DNA from: Raillietiella orientalis
Lineage: Eukaryota
Length of the DNA stretch: 64,000 nt
Assembly: GCA_036172245.1 (NCBI GenBank)
Contig: JAYWIR010000030.1
Location: 2,294,001-2,358,000, forward strand
Direction of reading: 5' to 3'
The notes below the pieces were generated by a model. The model had not been told where the DNA came from. It saw only the letters and a program-made list of their open reading frames with translations, and ran no database searches. Within the stretch, counting starts at the first letter, position 1. Every line of letters starts with the position of its first letter. The position numbers and the translations under genes were made by a program. Below, in pieces: positions 12,690 to 24,949 of the stretch.

Positions 12690-14340
12690 TTATCTCATAC
12701 TGAAGAAACACTGTATCTGCGTTGTTTCGAAGAAAGAGTGTTGTTTCCCTATGTTCTTAGAAAATTGCCAAAGTGGAAACGCTGCAAGGTCGTGACGCTA
12801 TCTTTCGGAAGCCATCTTTTCATCATGTTGAGATAAACGCAGACAAGGATGTTGCCAGCATACAGATGTGTGCGGTGCACCCAAAGAAACGAGATAAATA
12901 AAAAACAAGGGGCTAGGGATGTGGATGAGAATTGAAAAATGGTGAGAAAGGAATGGAACTAACCTGCTGGTCTTTGCATCTCTACCGTTCTCCTGCGTTC
13001 CTCGTGTCCATTTGTAAAAGCCTGCGTGAAGAAGAAATGAAAACAAGAACCAATGACTACATTGATCATCAAGAAAGCAGCCTGAGGAATGCCTGATGAG
13101 TTTAAGACTGGAATGGGATTTCGTCATTTCCACATTCGTGTCTGGCAGATGCTATCATCACCTCAACCACGAGTATGGGAGAATTTTGACATGCACCTTC
13201 CTTCCTCTTTAGCAATGGTTGGTTCTTCTACACCAGCATTTCCACCAGGCTCTGGAGCCAGAGCTAGTTTTAGAAAAAAGGAACAACTGTAATGCTATAA
13301 GTCAATTATAAAACACCAAGCGTTTGTCGTTTGGAAAATCCAGGACTCTGTTTCTTCTCCTGCATGCTACATATCGGTTCCTTCCAAATTTTCGAACATC
13401 GTATTGGTAGAAACATCCTTCTCTGCATTCTCAGTTCGCGGTTTCGTCTGTCTCGAAGAAGCGATCCCAGCAAAGCGCCGGCATGATCCATGAAGAAGCA
13501 GTGCTGCTCCCCAGTGGATGACGTTTCGCACGGTGCCTTTCAGATTCCTCTTCGAAGGCTCCAGCTCATTAATCAAAATACGTCGATTTACGCATCGGCG
13601 AAGCAGTCTAAAGCAGGGAGCTCTGTGGACAGAAGTCCTCACCAGATTCCATTCTTCGTACACGCTTCGGCTGTACATATACTAAGATTCAATTCTTCTT
13701 CCCCTATTCCAACGCGATGTAGCGTAGATGTAGAGGCCCTGCAAAGTGAAAGACATTGTTTTGGATTCCATAAGCTGCAAACAAGCATATGACGTATCTG
13801 AATGGCTCCTTATGGAATGAATCTCCGAGGACGAAAATCGAGGGTAGATACGATACACGAGTAGTGGAAGGTGCACGTGAAGCGCTTATGGAGGGATTTC
13901 TTTCACCCGCAAATATTCCCTAGCGAATGGAATGCAAATGTGACGTTGAAAATAGGATGGGTGGCAGTTGCACCAAAGGCAAGCAGGAATATGAAAGCAC
14001 GAGAACCAGGAAAGATGAGGCACTTTTTGACGGTTTGCAAGGGAAACTCCGAAATCTGCTGGGGGGTAGAGTTGGTCTCGTCCGAATGGAAGAGCTTCAT
14101 CGGAAGGAATCTGCGGAAGTCGCGGCGTGCCTCCATGGAGAAGACCTTGGAATTTCGACACTTTTATCAGGAGAGTGGGGCTTCAGGCGACCGCGGACGC
14201 AGCAGCCACGGAAGCTCTCGATGCATGGGAGCTTCCAAGTGGGACCTGGTGTTTGATCAACGACCGGTGGAAGCAACGTGATCTCGACGAATCACTTTTG
14301 GACACCGTCCAAATAAATAAATATAGGGATCGCTTCTGGA
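12690..14340 (-). mobile_element. Decayed piggyBac-like transposase
   Basis: MEARRDFRRFLPMKLFHSD (cf. MSRNRF..I...L.F.D), RRFIP/KEPFRYVICLF/LMESKT...LYIY (cf. QYIP.KP.RYGIKLF.LCESKT), QHCFFMDH (cf. H.VFMDN) and C-terminal SRPCSV..RETTLF. No TTAA/TIR ends found. Confidence 0.55.
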
Positions 14341-14349
14341 TGATGGAAA

Positions 14350-17300
14350 TGTAGTAATAAGGAAAGTGGCTAGTCGGACACTGGGTTTGGGAATCCCACG
14401 AGAGATGATTGGTGTCTCTTTGGAAGACGCCTCAAGTTCTGTCTGCGACTTGCTTGATCGTCACCACGATTCAAGTGGTCGGCCCGACAGCTCATCTCAG
14501 GCGAGCCAACTTCTTGTGACCAAGGAAGGAATGCCACGTTTCCAATCCAGAAGAGAGGGAAGGGGCTGAAAACTCCGCAAGAAGGCAGCGAAAGTGAATT
14601 CGAAACGAGTCCGGTCTGGAAATGAGCAGATGATTTCTCAAGGATGATGCGTCGTTCCTCGCCATCTCAAGAAAAAGAGTAAGAAAATTTTCAAGAACTC
14701 AGTGCGGAGGAGAGAGTTTCGCTTTCCTTTCCTGATGCAGGAAAAGTGAATTTTCGTTCCGCCTTCTTGCGATCTCGTATGCCCAATGGTCTCCAGGGAG
14801 ATGACGACCTGCCATCGCACGCAGGGTCGCTGAGCATGCAGGCCAAGTTCTCCAGGCGTTAGCGAAACTCCATCGCACTTGGTGATCGTCGGTCGACCAT
14901 GAAACCACCGGATCAGCGAAAAGGCGCGGTGCTCGGACCTCGTGTGCGTTCCCTCTTGTTGTTTCGGTGCGGAGCTCGCAAGGTCAGCTCGTTGGAACGA
15001 TTCCGCGGGAGAATTTTGCCCGCTCGCGCGCGATCCGCATCCCGTGCCTCCCTTTGTGTGCGACTGGAGAGCGTTCCCCTGCAGAAAAGCAAAAATCTCG
15101 ATCCTCCATCGCAATTTCATCTCCTCTTCCCTTCTTCATTTAAAAGCTTTGATGTTTGGAGCAGAAACTTGACTCGTGAATTACAGTTATTACTCCAAGA
15201 ATCTGATGTTAACGTCCTTTCTCCTAACTGGTGCAACGCTTCGCTAGGATTTTACGCGCCGCAACGCTTGCGAATGCCAAATTTCCTAAATTATGTGGGA
15301 TTTCATGAAGAATATGTCATCCTCCACTTGATGCCAGTTCACAGACTCGGGAGTCGCTGTCCTCGGTTGCTGCTTAGCTGCATCTTGTTAACGGAATCAA
15401 GGCTTCCCATTCTTATTATACAAATCATGTCGCTCTCGGAGAGGTGACTGATGGAAATCTGGCTTGCTCCGGATGCAGTTTCCTCCCCAGAACGTGCCAT
15501 TTATCCCTTTCACGGCACTTGAGCGGAAAATTTCTGCCGCATTTTCTCGAGAATCCTTTGCTCAGGGGGGAGCTCGCGGGGGACACGGCATTTGGACGTC
15601 GTTGCACCCAGATGAATATCCCCGAGGCGAGAAGTGTCCTTCTACGAACTGCCTCCATGTTTACCTCGCCCGGGTCTTCTCCCCCGATCCACTGAAACGC
15701 TCGCGCACCTGGCCACGCGACCTTTTCGCCACAGTGAGGGTTCCAAATCTTCCTAAGCAAAAAGTAACACCTGTTGCTCCCGAGGACAACGTGACAGGAT
15801 GATTTACCCAATGAAAAGCTCCTGTGTAGTCCTTTCACTTGCTGGAGCTGCTCGCAGGGACTCTGGAAAGGCGAAAATTTGATTTCCTGCTAGAGCTTAG
15901 TGGAAATTCATCAATCGGATTAGAACTCCATCTCTATTCTGGAACTCTATCTCTACGTTGGCCTGATGAGACGCTCAGGAAACACGGTGTTCTCCTGGTT
16001 TGATCGATGGCTTTTCCACCCTTCCGGTTACCATGGTGGTTTCCTCTTTCTTTTGGTTTGCTAAGTGCTGAATAACCGTTCTTTCCTTGGAAGGGGGAGG
16101 ATCACATAGCTTTTCAGAACCGTCCACACCAACCGAGAGTGAGTGTAAACCCGTAGAGACCACCTTATGAATCCAGGAAGGCTCCGCAGAGAAGACTCCG
16201 CTACTCCTAAGCTTGCAAGGGAACACCAAAGGGAATCCTTGCCCTCGTTGTCTCCGAAGGGACCCCCCTATTTGTAGGGGACGCTTTTCATTTCTTCTTC
16301 GGGACGAACCATCAAGGGAGGCTTCGAAATTTGTCTGAAGAACGCTCTCTGAAGGAAACAGAGCACTTTTTACACCCTGGAGAGGCAACCCTCGGAGGCG
16401 GCTATCAACCAGCTCCATGATACTCTATGGAACTTTCCCTCATGAAAAGTAACTGCTCCATTTTGACACTTGAGGGAAACCCCTAAAGGAACCGTCTCCT
16501 TGATTCCTGAAAGGGTCTCGGAAGGTCAACTTCCAATCCCGACCAGTCAAAGGAGGCGTTCGACTTCCATCAGTGCCTCCTGCAAAGTATACAGGTCAAC
16601 CCGTCATCCTACGAGAGGAACTTGAAACCCACAACGCACCCACGAACCCGGCTCCCCTATTTCTCGGCGTCGATCCTCCATGTGGGGATTCGAACTCACA
16701 ACTCTTAGTGTCACGAGAGGAGGCCGCGGTCACTCGGCCGCCAACGCGGACCACGGCCATTGTGGTTCCGAAGGGAAGTGATTGCTGCATCGCCATTTTC
16801 CTCCCTTCCACGTGCTCTTCGGCACAGATGAGAAACGGCCTAGGCACGGGGAAATAGGCACTCCCTTTGCGTGCAAGCACAGACGTCTAGCAAGTACACT
16901 ACAAGAGCAGTGCAGATGCGGGGTGCCTGGACGGCAGAGAAGCAACTTGCAGCCGATTCTGCGTTGTGTGAGTGCCCTCAAGGGTGAGGATTGTCGTCCT
17001 CACGCTTGAGGGCAACGCATGAGGTTGACTGAGGAGTTTTTGTCAAATGACAGGAATCCTCGAGGATTCCAAGAGTTCAACGCCATCTGTTTATCCAGCA
17101 GGAAGAGCGATGATGCCTTTTCGGTCCACTGTGATCTCTGTTCATCCTGGACTGCGGCCCAGAACAGGTGCTTAGCGCAAGTCCTGGCTGTGAGCCGGAA
17201 TTCCTTCCGTCAGTGGAAGGGAGAGATAGCAGCTGCCTTACCTTCCCGTTTCTTCCTGTTGTCAAGCTCTCACATAGGAAGGAGACGTCGAGCGTCGAGG

Positions 17301-18900
17301 CTCTATAGATAGGGCCTGCCAAAGTCCTTAGTCTATATCCTGATGTTGCTCTGGAAAAAGAATGCTGCTTTCCATTTTCCCTGGGGCACTTTGACTTGTC
17401 AGATCAGATCCCGGTGCCTCATTCGTATTTGCAAAGAGAGGCATGAATTGCCATCCTAGATGCCATCCTTCGGTCCAGCTCGAGGTCAAGTGGAGAAAAG
17501 GAAGAAACTGTTCTCCCGAAAGAATCCCTTCGGTGGCAAGAGTACTCTCTGAGGGATGGCTGGTGCCCTGGGATCAGAACACCGATGCAGTGTCAAGACA
17601 ACTTAAGGGGGTACCGAACAGAACTTATCGAGAAGAAACTGGACGTCTTCCCGCGCTCACGGTTTCTTCATGACATCCTCGGAAACCATCGTCTGAGAGA
17701 ACGACTGTGAAGCGGAAACCTCGACGTGGATGCTGTCCACGGTTCCTCGAGGGAACAGGTGAGTAAGAGGTAACGCGTTGTATTCCAACCTGTTCATTCG
17801 AACAATCTTGGACATGAAAGCGGAACTCTTCAGGTGGGGCTGGGGATGTGCTCGGAGGAGGACCCTGTCCTCACCAGGCATCTGCTACGCAAGAGATCCA
17901 CAGTGCTTCTTGCAGGTGCTGCTCGTACGCGAAGCAGGTCGGGAAGGGGTGAGTGAGTGGAGCGAAATGACTTTTCAAGTGATCCTCAGTTTGCTGAAAA
18001 TGATGCTGCTGAACGCGAGATCAGGGGCATGGTTTGCTCCTGATCCCGGATCTTCCCGGCAAGGGAACGGGAGTTGGATCCCGAACTCTGCTCATCCAGT
18101 TTAGTGCTGGAATAATCTACCCCATCTTCTGCATCTTCCCCGTCTCTTCCACTCTGCCAACTAGCGAAGGTTTTTCCGCTGGAGGAGTGGTCCCAGTCAC
18201 ATCTCGGGAAAAGAAAGGATGTGCATGTATTCATGCACATCCTTTCTTTTCTGATCTTGGTCCTCCAGCTTCTTGGGCAGCCGTTCTCTAAACACTTCAT
18301 CCTTCAATCCCCAAATTCCTGGGACCTTTCCCCCTTGCGATAGATAACTGTTCCTTAAAGGGGAAATGGCTCCCGTCTCTCCGCACTGACTCTTCTTCTC
18401 CTGTCTTGACGCTTCCAGAGCTCTGAAGGATGTTTCCAGGGATCGGTGGCCACCAAATCCTAGTGCTTCAAGCAAACTTCTTGATCAGATCCCATGATGG
18501 TGCGCATCCTCCACACAACGAAGTGCTGAAGACCCGTCGGGAAGTCGATGGGACACGTCAGGGGGGAAATGATTCGCTTCAACATACGTTACATCAAGAT
18601 CATGCCAGGAACGGACCACCAGCCGAGCTGAAGAGACTCTACTGAGATCACAGCCTCGAGTGGAGGGCGAAATAGAGAAGACAGAAAGGTAAGGAATATG
18701 GTGGGGAATCCCTCGTCGTCGGATATACCCTCAGCACATCACTGGTGAGCATAAACCGATCTGAGATAGTTCTCTTCATCTGCTTCAGGATCTCTAAACG
18801 ACTGATTACGTCGGATCGTTTCACGGGGCAGCTTCCTCATCATTACCTTTTCCTAGTTCTGATATCGAACTGATTGAAAAGATAGTGTCGAAAGAGGAAA
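14350..18900 (-). mobile_element. Decayed near full-length DIRS-like YR retrotransposon (gag?-RT-RNase H-YR)
   Basis: GRDWKLTFRDPF (about 16.5 kb), WFVPKKK (16.3 kb), RNase H-like IWNPHCGEKVA..EVNMEAVRRRTLLA (15.6-15.75 kb), YR-like NAWRTW, AFLRSFQPLP, ELSGRPLES, RLATFLITT (14.35-14.9 kb). The 5' limit is a guess. Confidence 0.6.
16973..17070. repeat. Hairpin cluster: 18-bp stem (1 mismatch, 6-nt loop) plus perfect 18-bp palindrome
   Basis: tgccctcaagggtgagga-ttgtcg-tcctcacgcttgagggca (16973-17014) and ggaatcctcgaggattcc (17053-17070). Confidence 0.9.
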
Positions 18901-20949
18901 GAGGATGGAAGGAAGGGTGGCCCAATGAGTAAATAGGGTCAGTAGTGTTTCATCGCACCACTTCTACAAAACACTTGAAATTTCGTCTTGATGCTGGAGA
19001 ACAGGAATTCAGTATCTTTTCTCCTCTCTTTTCCGAAAGAATAGCAAACTGTTTTTGATGGTCATCCTCGACGACATGCGACCGTTCCCTCTCTCGAGGA
19101 AGCCATTTTGGAGTCCTTCCGAGTCCATGGCTTCTACCTATGTTAACTTCATATCTGATAGGAACTAAAAATAGACAGTTTGCAGGATCTCACGAGGAGA
19201 TTTGTGTTTTAGAAATCCAGGATGCTGGGAGGAATAGCACGCTTCCACATTAAAGGGTTCAGGATTCTTATGTTTCATTATGCAAGTCTATTAGTTAGAA
19301 CTCTTTGTCTCAGTACCCGGTGGATGGATTTTCATGATCTCGTGGGTTAATAGAGGGAAGGTTCAGCAGATATGAAGAAAAATATCCATGCTGACGTCAT
19401 TTGCAAGCGGCAGAGAGTTTTGAATTTACTGGCACTTGGGCAAGTTCTTAAACCATCGCCAGATGTCGGCATCCACATGCTGCCATAAAAGACCACAGAT
19501 GCATCTATAAGATGAATGAGAGTGTAGCCGGAGTTTCAACAGAAGTTGAAGGAGAATGCAAAAGGCGAAGCTGGGAAACCGGCTGCATCACCAAATTTTC
19601 TGCTGTATTTCTTGTGCCGTTCCGTCGAAAAGGTGAGAATTTTTGGCTTCGTTCAGCCCCATCCCAGTTACAGGAAAATTGCAAGGAGCCTGTCCTCAGG
19701 GCGGAACCCCCCTCTCCCCCAAGAGATGACTCCAGGTGAAAAGTTACATGAGATATAATCATGGGATGTCAGGTCTAAGACTCAGAAGCGATTCCTCAGC
19801 AGGTTCGCAAATGTCTGCCTCTCCACCTGAACCTGCCGAGCTTTGAAGGTTTCGACAAGGGCAGCGGACGTTGGTGTATGCTGAGCAACAGGAAGACCGC
19901 ATCCTTCTGGAATATCCAATAAGAATATCCAATATAACAACCACTGACATGCAGTGGTCGTAAAGATCTTTCAGGGCAAACGAAATGCAAGATTTTCCAT
20001 ACAAACCTCTTGGAACTGCAGAACTCCCCCTCGCCCCTCCTCCTCCTCTTTTCCTAGCTCAATACGAAAAATCGATCTTCTCCAGAAGGTGCTACTGAAA
20101 ATGATGTTAGGGCATGAGAGAAAGCAAGGACTTGACTGATCGTGTCAGATCCCAATTAACTTGTCCGGGGAGAACGGATGCCTGCCTCGCTCAGTAACTC
20201 CGAGATCGACCTAGGTAGAGAAGGGTGCGTGCCGATGACCTGCGCAGATTGCAGTGGGACCTGCTATCCAGGGAGAGCAGTGCGCGTGGTAAGGAAGAAG
20301 GCAACCGTCACAGATTATTTGCCCAGTTCCTTGGTAATCCCATCGCAACTCTGGCAGGAACGAAAGTTTTCCCGATTTCATCTTCTGTGCTCCGTGGCTG
20401 AAGCGAATCTCTCCGCCTTCGATGACCGGACTTCGAGAGTTCGACACGAAAAAAAAGAGAGCAGAGAGAGATTGAACGAGGTGCATTCGCCGTAGCGGTT
20501 GGGCTATGATCGTTACCAGAAAGTTCGATTATAGTTCCGTCCAGCATCCGCCGACCGGATGCTCCATGGAACCTGAAGCACTAGCAAGTCAACAGCCTCA
20601 GATCACCTTTGAATATTATACAGGTTGCGCCTTAGACTAGAACTCCACAACTGGTATCCCATCACACTACTGCATCAAAAAGATCAAAAGACCCGCCTTC
20701 TGATTGAACAAATGATCCAGGAGCCACGAAGAAAAAATTAAGGATGCTTTCCCAAAGCTTTCCTTTGCCACGAAGACAGTCCCTGTTACCAAATCTCGGC
20801 ACCCAACCTGCCTCCGTCAAGCCGTGGTGGTCCCGCCCTGGAAGCAATCCAGCCGCGCAACTTCCAAGCAGTCCCCGGTAGGCCTCCACGCATCCCGAGT
20901 CGGAGGGGGTATGAGGGGCGTGGCCTCTTTCCCTGTGCAGCGCGCGCAC

Positions 20950-22900
20950 ACCGGAGCTGCGCGCGCGCGCGCTTCCGCCGGAGAGCCTCCCCATAGCAAC
21001 GCATCCCCTGGACCACTTCCTGGATGTCTTGCCTCCCCGCTCGCCACTTCGCGCACCCCAGAACCCCGGAAGTCCTGCTCGTCTCCTTCGCTGTGCGCAA
21101 GCGCGCTCAGGGCGCCTCCGCCCGCGCGGATCAACCAACCAATTCCTCTTCCTGTTGGATGCCGCGCTTTCCTCATTTGACTTTCGGCGGGCAGCTCCAG
21201 AGGCAGCCTTCGCTATTCCCGGGAGAACGACACTGAAAGGACGTGCCCCTCGCGACTGGGGGTTGCGCGCGTCCACTCGGCCTGCAACAGACGACGGCAA
21301 GCTCTTCCCGCAGCGGGAGCTCCAGCGCGCGTGACGGGCGCCGTGGTCCCTTGGTGGCCGAGGGCGCTTCCCTGAAGGACCCGCGTCAGGTGACGCGAAC
21401 TGTCTCTTTGCTCGGCCGCGGAGGAACTCAGCAGGATCCCAGAAGATGCCCTCGAGAACGCCTCCAGGGCTTCCTTTCCTCGCCCCTGATGGACTTTTGC
21501 TGGATTTAGCCGCCGTTCCCGCCGTCTGGCGCTGAGCCCGCGCCGTGGAGGTGGCCTGCCGGCTCTGGAGGCTGGAGGAAGTCCGTCCGGCTCCATGCTG
21601 GGGAGAGCGATGTGAGCTCGGACGGAAAGAGCGGCAAGCACCGCCGAGCGCCCGGGGGTTCACAGTCCGGAGGCCTCTCCCTCCTTCATGTTACCCGCAG
21701 CCTCGTCCTCGAGTGGACGGATCGAGTGGGTGCCCGACGGCGGCCCCGCGCGCAGAACTCCCGAACAACGCGGCCCCTGCCTTGCGCGCGTCGATTTCCT
21801 TTTTTGGTGGGGGAACGAACCCGCGCGACCTTCCCCTCTTGGCGGCACGCGGGGTCATCTATCTGAAACGGGGAAGCTCAAGAGGGAAGGGGCGCTCCGC
21901 AGAGGCGACCTCACGGCGGCAGCCGACCGCGGCACCAGAAGATTGGACTCTGGTGCTTGACGGTCCGAGGTGGGAGTCGTGGTGCCGTCTCCGGTCGAGA
22001 CCCGGCCCTCCGTGGGCCCGAAGCGCCGTTCCGTTTCCGGTCGGCGCCGTTCCGTGGCGCTTCGCATGAGGACGTCGACGGAGTCATCACGGCGACATTC
22101 CGTCCTGGCGAGTGCGGCTGCCGTCGCGGGCTCCGAAAGGCGAGCAAGATCCGAAGAGACAGATCTCCTTCTTCCTCACGGACCTTGAGCTGTACCACCG
22201 CTTGTCTCTGCTGCAGTTTCTGTCTCAGGAGAACTTGTGATCGAATTCTTGCTATTCCTCAGTGGGGGCATTCCTTGCGAACCATCCCTGCTAAGGCATG
22301 GAGACGTTCCTCAGTCCGAGTGAGACCCCAGTGCACCAACCCAGCAAGATGGCGGTGTACTTTGGACGAGGAAGAATGGAAGCTGTCGATGCGGAAGACG
22401 AGGATCTCACATTATGTCTGGGAGTTCAAGGAAACCTCCCCACTTCCGTGGATCAGCCGCATGGATTCCCGTGGCTCGACTAGAAGACAGAGAGTCTGAG
22501 GCAGAGCCTTCAGCGAGATGTAGATCCTTTGGTGTGCTGCGTGGCTGCTCCACGACCCTCAGTACTGAGCGTCAGCTTTCTCTCCAAGCGCGTCTGATCC
22601 CGCGGTTGTCCTTTCTGATCCTTGCCCGGAGGCAGAGATCACCATAGATTCCACCTGGAGAATCCGAGGGAAGCCTTACCCGATGTCCCCAGAGCTCTCT
22701 CCGGGACTGAACGAAGTTCCGGAAGCGACGCGGTCGGCGCACCTCTTCCGCTTCCTGCTCGTCCGCGTGTTCCCAGCCGGAGTCCGTCTCCACGCGGGTG
22801 CTCGCTCGGGACGCGAACGTCAAGTCCCTGCGTTCCCTCACGGAGGAACCTCATATTTCGTGTATGCACGTTTTCTTATCTTTCCTCCTACGAAGCTGGA
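20950..22900 (+). pseudogene. YR1 copy B (decayed, essentially full length)
   Basis: ARHFAHPRTPEV, ERCELGRK, LPLLAARGVIYLKR, HEDVDGV, TLSCTTACLCCSFCLRRTCD, LDEEEWKLSMRKTRI, TKFRKR and VLARDANVK in family order; nucleotide similarity of about 21050-21120 to about 2000-2065. Confidence 0.6.
20954..22142 (+). repeat. Left arm of 1,189-bp inverted repeat
   Basis: Reverse complement of 34118-35306 (coordinates sum to 56260 throughout); identical translated ORFs in all frames and no mismatch in spot checks. Confidence 0.97.
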
Positions 22901-22979
22901 AAATCTCTTCGCGAGAGGCAGAGCTGAATGATAACACGACATTTATTTAAGAGCACGCGAATGAGGACGATTTATTTTG

Positions 22980-23240
22980 CGAGCAGGAACGCAGTTTACG
23001 GCACGCACTCGGGGTAACAGATTTGAGTGCCTGGAACGGACAGCGGGAAATGCGAAAGTTTCGGGAACCTATTATACTGTCCGGGAAAGAGAGGGGGGGG
23101 GGAGGAACTACCTATTTTTGCCGCAGATGGAGAAGGTGCATGCTGCGCTGCCGAACCCAAGGCGAGGCGACCGCTCAGCGCATGCGTGCCAAGCGAGGTT
23201 ACCCCCCAGTGACGCCGGGGGGCTTATCTAAAATGAAAGC
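22980..23240 (+). pseudogene. SET domain remnant, copy B (N-terminal half)
   Basis: GTQFTARTRGNRFECLERTAG...EREGGGRNYLFLPQMEKVHAA, directly after YR1 copy B. Confidence 0.4.
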
Positions 23241-23299
23241 AAACAAACAAATTGGGAACAAATGTTCCAAGAATCTGAAAGAAGAACTTCAGGGGAAGA

Positions 23300-24210
23300 T
23301 TCACAGGCACATAGGTCGGTTACTGGAGCAGTCAGGGGCGAGAAAGAGAGGAACAATTAACAAAGGGAGGGTGGGGACAATCCTTCTGGTCAGTAGCAGC
23401 GCAGGAAGTCGGCGATCCTCAACTCGACTTCTTCGAGGTTAAGGCTGCCTAGCAGCCGTCCTCATGTAGGCCACTGACCTTCCTCATCTGCGTCCGAAAC
23501 TCCAGCACATGGAGGACGCTACGACGACGGTGAGTGTTGCTACAGTAGCGGTGCCTGCCGAGAGTCTCCCGTACGGGAAGAATCTCCACAGCAGGTCTTT
23601 AGCAATTTCCTCCGGATGCAGGTGCACTGATGCCAGCCTCTGCCACGGTTCTTCGAAGGCACTCAGCCCAGCAACAGCGCAGAAGCGATTCATCGCCTCG
23701 CCTCCCTCGTCTCTGAGGGAGTTGCTTCACCCGGAGACGAAGCGTTGGCGCTGGTTGTACTGAAAGCTCCAGAGCACAAACAGCACCGCAATCTGCCTCA
23801 AAGGGAATACCGAAGTGTTCCAACACGAAGGGGGGCCACTAGTTCCTCGAGAGTCTTTTGGCCCAACAACACCCAGTGGCAGCGTCCAATAGATCGCTCG
23901 TCTTGCAGCCGCCCAGGAGTCAGGCCTCTACTGCAGTGATGCAAAAGAGCTCCCACCACGCTGGTTGGCAACTGCCTCTGCTTTCCCTGAGAGCAGGAAG
24001 AGCTGCGGCAAGGGGCCAGTAACCTCGTGCAGTTCTGCAGGGCATAACCCAATGAAAGGTTCAGGAAATGTCGCAGGAGGTGAAGTTCCTCTGGACACAT
24101 TCCCGGAGCAGCAACCCGGTTCCTAACCATTCCTAACCTAACTAACGGTTCTCCTTGATCCCTCGACGGACCCCTGAGGGGTCAACTTCCAATCCCCTCC
24201 AGTGAGCGGA
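23300..24210 (-). mobile_element. DIRS-like RT fragment
   Basis: 24146-24205 is similar in sequence to 16490-16545; LASVHLHPEEIAKDLLWRFFPYGRLSAG and FGRR*GRSVAYMRT resemble AYFHIPIHP...LPFGLS and LRR.G.R..AYLDD. Confidence 0.5.
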
Positions 24211-24949
24211 AGTCCTCTTGTTGAGCATCATGAAATCTCGAATCTTCCAGAAAACGGTTTTTTGCAGGATTATGCAAAAGACTCCTTCCGCAGTAGCACG
24301 CGGGTAAACAAAATCTCGTCATCACGCACTGTTTTTCTTCATCTTCTCTGATTGCCACTGTCACTCCATCGCTTCAGATTGCGATGAGAACAAGAACTGA
24401 GGATGCGCAGGCTACCCTTGTTCTCCAAACACACACAGATATATGTGTATTATTACATATGTGTATGTAGCAAGGGCCTTTCATTATCCATATCCACATT
24501 TCATGCACTTTTGAAATAGCTCAAGCTCCTTCTTACTCCGAACCACAACGGGATCGGGAACCAAGCCAAAAGAAGAACATCACAGGCAGCATTCCGCTCT
24601 CGCCTGCAGAGACTTTCCAATCACAGGAAGGGCTAGTGGACCCGACGAGATCACCCCTGGATTCATCCAGAGCTTCACGAGCACGAAAGACTCACCCCTA
24701 ATGCTTGAGGACTGAGGCAGCAGCCTTTCCCTCGTCACGCCATTTGATGCAGCGACCCGGCGTGGATGCCGGGAGAGACTTCCGAGTATTTGTCAGCATT
24801 ACCCGTTTCCCTCCGCATAAATCTTCGCCCCCCTATTGTCCCCTTTGCATGTATATGCGACCATTCAGCTTGCAGGGGTGTAATGAGCTTCTGCTGATCA
24901 TAAAGTCTCGCTCCTTTCGCATCTTTGTCGAGCAGAAAAACTCTATCTA

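Noticed and set aside
22250..22690. SET domain (HYVWEFK, AEITID)
   Set aside because: Better explained as the YR1 catalytic region, whose flanking motifs are colinear; the SET-like piece lies at 22980-23240.
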